Shown piece after piece: positions 34,678-41,709 of a DNA stretch of 41,709 nucleotides. The DNA comes from Bacillota bacterium (lineage in GTDB: Bacteria; Bacillota; Proteinivoracia; UBA4975), in the NCBI GenBank assembly GCA_012727415.1, contig JAAYHI010000023.1, positions 1-41,709 on the forward strand, given 5' to 3'. A program made the position numbers and the translations under genes. The notes below the pieces were generated by a model, which was not told the origin of the DNA, did not search any database, and saw only the letters and a list, made by a program, of their open reading frames with translations. Every line of letters begins with the position of its first letter. The stretch's first letter is position 1.

Positions 34678-34699
34678 TCAAAAAACAGGAGGTGCTGTG

Positions 34700-35197
34700 A
34701 TGGAAGTGGCAATTATTATGGGCAGTGATTCCGATTGGCCCAGGCTGGAGGCAGCCTGGGAACTGCTGCGAGGTTTTGGCATTGAAGTGGGGGTGAGGAT
34801 ATTATCCGCCCACCGCTCTCCCGAAGATTGTGTTCGCTTTGTGCAGCAAGCTGAAGGGGCGGGGGTGCAGGTCTTTATTGCGGCAGCAGGCCTGGCTGCC
34901 CATCTCCCCGGAGTGGTGGCGGCCCATACCCAGCGGCCGGTGATAGGGCTGCCCTTAGCTGCAGGCCCCCTCCAGGGCCAGGACGCACTGTATTCGGTGG
35001 TGCAGATGCCCCCGGGGGTTCCCGTAGCCACAGTGGGCATAGACAATGCCCGCAACGCCGCCCTCCTGGCTGCAGAAATACTCGCCCTGGGGGACAGAAG
35101 GTTGGCGGACAAGCTCAAGGCTTACCGGCAAGATCTCCGGCGCCAGGTTCTGGCCCGGGACGGGCAACTGCAGGAGGAATTGGAGGCAAGAGCATGA
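34700..35197 (+). CDS. purE: N5-carboxyaminoimidazole ribonucleotide mutase (class I PurE signature)
   Basis: 'VAIIMGSDSDWP', 'SAHRSPE' and 'AAGLAAHLPGVVAAHTQRPVIGLP' match PurE. ATG-34700 lies 7 nt after AGGAGG. The ORF-track TTG-34661 lies inside the terminator. Confidence 0.92.
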   Translation: MEVAIIMGSDSDWPRLEAAWELLRGFGIEVGVRILSAHRSPEDCVRFVQQAEGAGVQVFIAAAGLAAHLPGVVAAHTQRPVIGLPLAAGPLQGQDALYSVVQMPPGVPVATVGIDNARNAALLAAEILALGDRRLADKLKAYRQDLRRQVLARDGQLQEELEARA

Positions 35198-36498
35198 TTG
35201 AGCGCTACAGCCGCCGGGAAATGGCGGCGATCTGGAGTGAGGAAAACAGGTATCGCCTGTGGCTGGAAATTGAAATCCTGGCTTGTGAAGCCTGGTCCCG
35301 CCTGGGCCGCATCCCTCCTGAGGAGGTGGCAAAAATCCGCAGGGCTGCCCGGTTTGACTGTCAGCGGATTGCCCAGCTGGAGGCCAGCACCCGCCACGAT
35401 GTGGTGGCCTTTACCCGCTGCGTCGCCGAGAGCCTGGGCCCCGAGTCCCGCTACATCCATTACGGCCCTACTTCCCATGATGTGGTGGATACCGCCCTCA
35501 GTTGCCAGTTGGTCCAGGCTGTGGACATCCTCGATGAGGGCCTGGCGGGGCTGCTGGCAGTCCTCAGGTCTCAGGCCAATAAATACCGGCACACCCTCAT
35601 GATGGGCCGCACTCACGGGGTCCATGCCGAGGTGACCACCCTGGGCCTGAAATTTGCCCTGTGGTATCAGGAGTTTTTGCGCCAGCGGCGGCGGCTGGCC
35701 CAGGCCCGCCAAGAGGTTGCGGTGGGCAAGCTCTCGGGGGCGGTGGGCAGTTTCGCTAATATTCCCCCGGAAATAGAGGAGTATGTGTGCGCGCATTTAG
35801 GGCTAAAGCCTGCCCCGGTGGCCACCCAGGTGCTGCAGCGGGATCGCCATGCCGTCTTGCTGAGCGTGCTGGCCCTTATCGCTGCCTCCATCGAGAAGGT
35901 GGCTTTGGAAATCCGCAACCTCCAGCGCACTGAGACCAGAGAGGTGGAAGAGCCTTTCTATGCCGGGCAAAAGGGGTCCTCGGCCATGCCCCACAAGCGC
36001 AATCCTGTCACCTGCGAGCAATTGTGCGGCCTGGCCAGGATTTTGCGGGGCAACAGCCAGGCGGCATTGGAGAACGTCGCCTTATGGCATGAGCGGGATA
36101 TTTCTCACTCTTCGGTGGAGCGGATCATCCTTCCTGACAGCACCATCCTCGTCGACTATATGCTGCATCAACTGACCAGAGTGGTGCGGGACCTGCAGGT
36201 CTATCCCCGGCACATGGCGGCCAACATCGGCTTGTCCCGGGGCTTGAGTTTCTCGGGAGCTGTGCTTCTGGCCCTGGTGGATAAGGGAATGACCCGGGAG
36301 CAGGCCTACGATCTGGTGCAAGGGGCTGCCATGGAGGTATGGCAGGAGGGGGGCAATTTTCGGGAGGCCCTGGAGCAAATCGCGGGGAAGGTTTTGTCCA
36401 CCGTGGAACTGGATGAAATCTTTAATTATAAAGACCTGCTGGCCCAAGTAGACATAATCCTGGCCCGGGCAGGCATAGGGGATGGGGAGAATGCATAA
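35194..36498 (+). CDS. purB: Adenylosuccinate lyase
   Basis: 'MIERYSRREMAAIWSEENRY', 'TSHDVVDTA' and 'GSSAMPHKRNP' (fumarate-lyase signature). ATGA overlap with purE. Confidence 0.95.
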   Translation: MIERYSRREMAAIWSEENRYRLWLEIEILACEAWSRLGRIPPEEVAKIRRAARFDCQRIAQLEASTRHDVVAFTRCVAESLGPESRYIHYGPTSHDVVDTALSCQLVQAVDILDEGLAGLLAVLRSQANKYRHTLMMGRTHGVHAEVTTLGLKFALWYQEFLRQRRRLAQARQEVAVGKLSGAVGSFANIPPEIEEYVCAHLGLKPAPVATQVLQRDRHAVLLSVLALIAASIEKVALEIRNLQRTETREVEEPFYAGQKGSSAMPHKRNPVTCEQLCGLARILRGNSQAALENVALWHERDISHSSVERIILPDSTILVDYMLHQLTRVVRDLQVYPRHMAANIGLSRGLSFSGAVLLALVDKGMTREQAYDLVQGAAMEVWQEGGNFREALEQIAGKVLSTVELDEIFNYKDLLAQVDIILARAGIGDGENA

Positions 36499-37207
36499 AA
36501 AAGAATTGTTGCATGCAGGTAAGGTAAAGGCCATTTGGGCCACCGCCGATCCGGATCTATGCATTGCCGAGTTCAGCGACCGGATAACCGCTGGCGACGG
36601 GCTGAAAAAAGCGGATTTGCCCGGCAAGGGCCGGCTGCTGAACCAAATATCTGCACTGCTTTTTACCCGCCTGGCAGAGGCAGGAGTGCCCAGCCATTTT
36701 ATCCGGACCCTGGGGGATAATGCCATGCTGGTGAGAAAGGCCCAGCTGCTGCCCCTGGAAGTGATTGTCCGCAACCGCACCGCCGGCAGCATCTGCCGCC
36801 GCCTCGGCCTGGGGCCAAATATTAGGATTGAGCCGCCCCTGGTGGAGTTTTACTACAAGAACGACGCCCTGCATGATCCCCTGCTCACCCGGGACCACAT
36901 TGCCATGCTGGCCCTGGTCACTGCCGGGGAATATGAGGAGATTAAAGAGCAGGCATTGGCTGTAAACCAGGTGCTCCGCAAGACCTTTGCCGAAGCAGGC
37001 CTGGAACTGGTGGACTTTAAACTGGAGTTTGGCCGCGCCCAGGGGAGCATTCTTCTCATTGACGAAATCTCCCCTGATACTTGCCGGCTGTGGATACAGG
37101 GAACCACCGCCAGCCTGGACAAGGACCGCTTCCGCAATGACTCAGGGGATGTGCTGGCAGGTTACCGGGAAGTGCTGCAACGCCTCCAGGGGACAGCAAA
37201 ACAGTGA
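36491..37207 (+). CDS. purC: SAICAR synthetase
   Basis: 'LLHAGKVKAIWAT', 'LEVIVRNRTAGS' and 'LVDFKLEFG...LIDEISPDTCRLW'. ATG-36491 overlaps the purB stop. Confidence 0.93.
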   Translation: MHKKELLHAGKVKAIWATADPDLCIAEFSDRITAGDGLKKADLPGKGRLLNQISALLFTRLAEAGVPSHFIRTLGDNAMLVRKAQLLPLEVIVRNRTAGSICRRLGLGPNIRIEPPLVEFYYKNDALHDPLLTRDHIAMLALVTAGEYEEIKEQALAVNQVLRKTFAEAGLELVDFKLEFGRAQGSILLIDEISPDTCRLWIQGTTASLDKDRFRNDSGDVLAGYREVLQRLQGTAKQ

Positions 37208-37221
37208 AGGGAGAAGGGGAA

Positions 37222-39372
37222 ATGAAGAAATGGCAAATGCATGGCCTCACCCCGGAAGAATACCAGGCAATTCAGCAACAGATGGGCAGGGAGCCCAACG
37301 ATTTGGAACTGACCCTCTTTGGCGTCATGTGGTCAGAACATTGCAGCTACAAGCATACTCGCCACTTGCTGCAGCAATTGCCCAGTCAGGGGCCCCTGGT
37401 GGTGCAGGGCCCCGGGGAAAATGCCGGCGTCATCAAAGCCGGAGAGGGTTTGGGGGTGGCCTTTAAGATTGAAAGCCACAACCACCCTTCTGCTGTTGAC
37501 CCCTTTCAGGGAGCAGCCACCGGCGTCGGCGGCATTGTCCGGGATGTGGTCAGCATGGGAGCAAGGCCCATTGCCCTGCTCAATTCCCTGCGCCTGGGGC
37601 CCCTGGACAACGAGCACAACCGTTGGCTGTTGCAGGGCATAGTGGGGGGAATGGCAGCATACGGCAACTTCCTGGAAGTGCCCACAGTGGGAGGCGAGAT
37701 TTACTTTGCTTCCTGTTACAGCAATAACCCCCTGGTCAATGCCATGTGTATTGGGCTGGTGCCCCTCAAGAGCATGCTAAAAGGCACTGCCGCCGGCAGC
37801 GGCAACCGGGTACTGGCAGTCGGTGCCCCCACAGGCAGGGAAGGCATTGCCGGAGCTGCCTTTGCCTCGGCAGAATTGGCTGCCGCCACTGCCCCCGCAG
37901 CTTCCGAAATGCAGGTGGGGGATCCCCGGGCGGGCAAGGCCTTGATGGAAGCCTGCCTTGAACTGGCGGGCCTTGAAGAGGTTGTTGGCATCCAGGACAT
38001 GGGGGCTGCCGGCCTCACTTCTTCCAGCTGTGAGATGGCCTACCGCGGCGGCTGCGGCATTGAGCTGGAATTGTCCCTGGTGCCCACCAAGGAAGAGGGA
38101 ATTACACCCCTGGAGTTAATGCTTTCGGAATCTCAGGAGCGGATGCTGGTGGTGGTTAAGCCCGACGGCGTTGAGAAAGTGCAGGCAATCTTCCGCCGCC
38201 ACGGCCTGGAGGCAGCCGCCATTGGCCAGGTGACGGAAGGCAGGGATTTAGTGCTGCTGTGGCAGGGAGAAGAAGTGGGCCGCATTCCTGCGGCCGCCCT
38301 GGCTGCCGGCGTCCCCCGCCGCAATCCGCCCCTGGAAAAGCCGGAACCTGCTCCATGGCCTGCCAATTGGGCGGACATGCCTGAACCGGAATATGAGGAG
38401 GCTCTCCTCACCCTGCTGGCCAGCCCAAATATCTGCAGCCGGGCTGCCCTGTGGACTCATTTTGACCAGGCGGGTGGCTGCACTGTCCAGGGACCCGGGG
38501 CCAGTGCGGCTGTGCTGCGACTGCCGGGAAAAAAGGGAATAGCTGTTGCCATCGACTGCAACAGCAACTACTGTGCCCTGGACCCCCGGGAAGGGACCAA
38601 GAGAGCTGTGGCCGAAGCTGCCCGCAATGTGGCCTGCACGGGAGCGAGACCGGCTGCCATTACCAATTGCCTCAACTTCCCCAGCCCGGAAGTTCCGGAG
38701 CAGTACTGGGCTTTGTCCGAGTCAATTCAGGGAATGGCGGAGGCCTGCCGCGCCCTGGAGACCCCGGTGGTGAGCGGCAATGTCAGCTTGTATAACGAAG
38801 GGGGAGGGGTGGCGATTAACCCCACCCCTGTCATCGGCATGGTGGGCCTGCTGGAGGATGCAAAAAAGGCATGCATCATCGCCCCTGAGAGGGGTCAGAT
38901 CCTGGTGCTGTTGGGCAAAATCCAGGCCCTGCCCGGGGGCAGTGAATACTTCGGCCTCCGCAGCGGCCCGGTGCCGACAGTGGATTTACAGCTGGAGGCT
39001 GCTTTATGCCGGCTGTTGCCCCAGGCGATCTCTGCCGGGACAGTAAAGGCAGCCCACGACGTCAGTGAAGGGGGCATCGCCGTCACCCTGGCGGAAATGG
39101 CCCTTGCCGGCGATGTGGGCATAGAAATAGCAGTGCCGGAAGCTGTGCGCCCTGACTTCTGGTTGTTTGCCGAATCCCCCGGGGCGGTAGTGGCCGCCCT
39201 GGAAGAGGCGGAGCTGGACAAGTTAAGGTCGCTGGCCGGGAGAGAGGGCGTCCCCCTGGCGGTATTGGGCAAGGTGGGAGGCAAGGAGTTTGTCCTCGGG
39301 GACTTAATCCGCCTGCCCCTCATCCGGCTCTCCGAGGCCTGGACAGGACCATTGCCCCAGGTGATGCCATGA
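37222..39372 (+). CDS. purL: Phosphoribosylformylglycinamidine synthase subunit PurL (small type)
   Basis: 716 aa. 'LTLFGVMWSEHCSYKH', 'FKIESHNHPSAVDPFQGAATGVGGIVRD' and 'SLYNE' match small PurL. Confidence 0.95.
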   Translation: MKKWQMHGLTPEEYQAIQQQMGREPNDLELTLFGVMWSEHCSYKHTRHLLQQLPSQGPLVVQGPGENAGVIKAGEGLGVAFKIESHNHPSAVDPFQGAATGVGGIVRDVVSMGARPIALLNSLRLGPLDNEHNRWLLQGIVGGMAAYGNFLEVPTVGGEIYFASCYSNNPLVNAMCIGLVPLKSMLKGTAAGSGNRVLAVGAPTGREGIAGAAFASAELAAATAPAASEMQVGDPRAGKALMEACLELAGLEEVVGIQDMGAAGLTSSSCEMAYRGGCGIELELSLVPTKEEGITPLELMLSESQERMLVVVKPDGVEKVQAIFRRHGLEAAAIGQVTEGRDLVLLWQGEEVGRIPAAALAAGVPRRNPPLEKPEPAPWPANWADMPEPEYEEALLTLLASPNICSRAALWTHFDQAGGCTVQGPGASAAVLRLPGKKGIAVAIDCNSNYCALDPREGTKRAVAEAARNVACTGARPAAITNCLNFPSPEVPEQYWALSESIQGMAEACRALETPVVSGNVSLYNEGGGVAINPTPVIGMVGLLEDAKKACIIAPERGQILVLLGKIQALPGGSEYFGLRSGPVPTVDLQLEAALCRLLPQAISAGTVKAAHDVSEGGIAVTLAEMALAGDVGIEIAVPEAVRPDFWLFAESPGAVVAALEEAELDKLRSLAGREGVPLAVLGKVGGKEFVLGDLIRLPLIRLSEAWTGPLPQVMP

Positions 39373-40733
39373 ACAGGCCCATCCATGAGGAGTGTGGCAT
39401 CTTTGGCATCTGGCTGCCAGGCAGAGAGGCGGTATCCACGGCTCTTACCGGCCTCATTGCTCTCCAGCATCGGGGCCAGGAAAGCGCCGGCATCAGCTGG
39501 AGCCAGCAAGGGGAACTGCTGGAAAAGCGGGGCATGGGGCTGGTAGAGGATGTCTTCGGCAGTTTTGATTACCGGACTGTGCCTGCCCATGCCGCCATCG
39601 GCCATGTGCGCTATTCCACCATGGGCAAGTCCTCTCTGGTCAACGCCCAGCCCTTGACCTTCTCCAGCCGCATGGGCCCGCTGGCCCTGGCCCATAACGG
39701 CAATCTGGTCAACGCCCCGGCCATACGCACTCAGTTGGAACAGCAGGGGTCAATTTTCCAAACCAGCTCCGACCTGGAGGTGGTGGCCCATTTGCTGGCC
39801 AGAGCAACCACTACAGACCTGGACAGGGCTCTGGTTTCTGCCCTCGGCCAGGTGCGGGGAGCCTATGCCCTTCTCATCCTCACCCCCCAGCGCTTGCTGG
39901 CTGTCCGGGATCCCAATGGCATTCGCCCCTTGGTATTGGGCAAGTTCAGGGGCGGCTGGGTGGCAGCTTCCGAAACCTGCGCCCTGGACACAGTGGGGGC
40001 AGAATTTGTCCGGGAGGTGGAACCCGGGGAGATGGTGTCTATGAGCAACAGAGGGCTGGAATCTGTTCCTTTGTTTCCCCCCCGCCAACACGCTTTCTGT
40101 ATTTTTGAGTTTATCTATTTTGCCCGTCCTGACAGTGTCTTTATGGGCCGCAATGTCCACATGGTGCGTCGGGAACTGGGCCGGGCCCTGGCCCGGGAGG
40201 CCCCTGCAGAGGCAGATATTGTAACCGGTGTTCCTGATTCCAGCCTGTCAGCGGCAGCAGGCTATGCCGAGGCAGCGGGGCTGCCCTATGAGACAGGCCT
40301 CATTCGCAACCGCTACCTGGGCAGGACTTTTATCCGCCCCTGCCAGCAGCAACGGGACCTGGGGGTGGCTCTCAAGCTCAATCCCATCCGGGGAGTGGTG
40401 GCAGGCAAGAGGGTTGTCCTCGTCGATGATTCTCTTATCAGGGGGACCACCAGCCTGCGCATAGTGCAGCTGCTGAAAGAAGCGGGAGCCAGGGAAGTGC
40501 ACCTGCGGATAGCATCTCCCCCCATTGCCTTCAGCTGTGGCCTCGGCATCGATACCAAGGATGACCTGGTGGCTGCCAGGATGGGTCCCGGGGAGATTCG
40601 GGAATACGTCGGTGCCGACAGCCTGGAATTTCTATCCCCGGAAGGAATGGTGGCAGCTACAGGCTTCAATGCCAAGCAACTTTGCCTCGGCTGTTTTCTC
40701 GGCAATCATCCAATAAGGAGAGTAGAGAGATGA
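39369..40733 (+). CDS. purF: Amidophosphoribosyltransferase
   Basis: Propeptide plus nucleophile 'MNRPIHEECGIFGI', 'LQHRGQESAGI', 'VPDSS' and the PRPP loop 'VVLVDDSLIRGTT'. ATGA overlap with purL. Confidence 0.95.
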   Translation: MNRPIHEECGIFGIWLPGREAVSTALTGLIALQHRGQESAGISWSQQGELLEKRGMGLVEDVFGSFDYRTVPAHAAIGHVRYSTMGKSSLVNAQPLTFSSRMGPLALAHNGNLVNAPAIRTQLEQQGSIFQTSSDLEVVAHLLARATTTDLDRALVSALGQVRGAYALLILTPQRLLAVRDPNGIRPLVLGKFRGGWVAASETCALDTVGAEFVREVEPGEMVSMSNRGLESVPLFPPRQHAFCIFEFIYFARPDSVFMGRNVHMVRRELGRALAREAPAEADIVTGVPDSSLSAAAGYAEAAGLPYETGLIRNRYLGRTFIRPCQQQRDLGVALKLNPIRGVVAGKRVVLVDDSLIRGTTSLRIVQLLKEAGAREVHLRIASPPIAFSCGLGIDTKDDLVAARMGPGEIREYVGADSLEFLSPEGMVAATGFNAKQLCLGCFLGNHPIRRVER

Positions 40734-41709
40734 TCACATACAAGGAAAGTGGCGTCGATGTGGCCGCTGCCGACAAGCTTACGGAAGAGTATAAGGCGGT
40801 GGCGGCAGCCGCCAGCACCCCCCATGTGCTGGGGGGTATAGGCGGGTTTGCAGGATTTCTCGCTCTGCCCGAAGGCTATGAGCGGCCGGTGTTGGTGGCC
40901 TGCACCGACGGAGTCGGCACTAAGCTGCGCCTCCTCATCGACCATGGTGAGGCAAGGACGGCAGGCAAGGATGCCGCCGCTATGTGCCTCAACGACTTGG
41001 CAACTTGTGGTGCTCAACCGCTCTTTATGCTCGATTACCTGGCGGTGGGCAAGCTGGACCCGGCTGTGGCTCAGGAAGTGGTGGCAGGGTTTGCCGACTA
41101 CTGCTGCCAGGCGGGATGTGCCCTGATTGGCGGAGAAACAGCGGAAATGCCGGGCTTTTATCCTCCAGGAGATTTTGACGTCGCCGGTTTTGCCGTCGGT
41201 GTGGTGGAGAAGGAGGGCATCGTCGATGGCAGGGGTTGTCAGGCAGGAAATCTGGTCCTGGGCCTGGCCAGCTCAGGAGTACACAGCAACGGATTCTCCC
41301 TGGTGCGCCTGCTGTTGGACCGGGGCCTCTTAGACCTGGAAAGGGACTGTGGCGGCATGCCCTTAAAGGAAGCGCTGCTGCAGCCCACGCGCCTCTACCT
41401 TCCCCTGGGGCACAGGCTGGGGCAGGTGCAGGCGGTTAAAGCCATGGCTCATATTACCGGCGGCGGCCTGCCCGGCAATGTGGGGCGCACCATCCCCGAC
41501 TCGTTGGATACTGTAATTGAATGGGGGAGTTGGCCCCGGCCTGCAGTCTTTGCCCTCATTGCCCAGGCAGGGGTGCCGCGGCAGGAAATGTTGGCGACTT
41601 TTAACCTCGGCATCGGCTATACCCTGGTGGTGGATAAAGATTACGCCGACAGCACCTTGGAACTTTGCCATCAAAGCGGGGTGGAAGCATGGGTTATAGG
41701 CAGCCTGCG
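40730..41709 (+). CDS. purM: AIR synthetase (partial, runs off the right edge)
   Basis: Hand translation from ATG-40730 gives 'MITYKESGVDVAAADKL...GGIGGFAGF...LVACTDGVGTKL...NDLATCGAQPLFMLDYLA...GGETAEMPG'. It has no stop before 41709, so it is absent from the ORF track. Confidence 0.9.
   Translation, partial: MITYKESGVDVAAADKLTEEYKAVAAAASTPHVLGGIGGFAGFLALPEGYERPVLVACTDGVGTKLRLLIDHGEARTAGKDAAAMCLNDLATCGAQPLFMLDYLAVGKLDPAVAQEVVAGFADYCCQAGCALIGGETAEMPGFYPPGDFDVAGFAVGVVEKEGIVDGRGCQAGNLVLGLASSGVHSNGFSLVRLLLDRGLLDLERDCGGMPLKEALLQPTRLYLPLGHRLGQVQAVKAMAHITGGGLPGNVGRTIPDSLDTVIEWGSWPRPAVFALIAQAGVPRQEMLATFNLGIGYTLVVDKDYADSTLELCHQSGVEAWVIGSL

Overview
This 41.7 kb window is mostly GC-rich core chromosome, probably from a Clostridia-class Firmicute. 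That placement is an inference from a CIRCE-controlled groESL, the gene order and a selenocysteine locus. A roughly 6 kb AT-rich accessory island sits directly behind guaA. All family calls come from motifs read by eye in the supplied translations; no database search was possible.

Core content, left to right:
- a MoxR / DUF58 / BatA-like / double-vWA cluster;
- a complete selenocysteine-decoding locus: selA, selB, an embedded LysR regulator, selD with an in-frame UGA, tRNA-Sec and fdhD;
- two paralogous small membrane proteins;
- groES and groEL behind a perfect CIRCE operator;
- a second MoxR module (DUF58, transglutaminase, MoxR);
- guaA;
- after the island, a frameshifted MFS gene, a Nudix hydrolase, sdaAB/sdaAA and a convergent ABC-2 exporter;
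- a guanine-riboswitch-controlled NCS2 purine permease;
- a second guanine riboswitch in front of purE-purB-purC-purL-purF-purM, with purM running off the right edge.

The most interesting signal is the island at about 21.56-27.7 kb.
- The last codons of guaA plus its terminator (21508-21561) are repeated in degenerate form at 25876-25929.
- A third partial hairpin copy lies at 25343-25366.
- This is the footprint of one or more integrative elements inserted into the guaA 3' end. No intact recombinase remains.
- Cargo pair 1 is a secreted papain-fold (C39/C47-like) cysteine peptidase with a beta-propeller-like lipoprotein.
- Cargo pair 2 is a secreted protein with a Gly/Ala-rich hydrophobic core, a 20-codon micro-ORF and a 4-TM membrane protein.
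- The rest is decayed: an IS21 istB remnant and a broken minus-strand gene.

Other points worth a second look: guaA has lost the catalytic Cys and Glu of its glutaminase domain, fdhD lacks the Cys-x-x-Cys loop, and the pur cluster lacks purK, purS and purQ.
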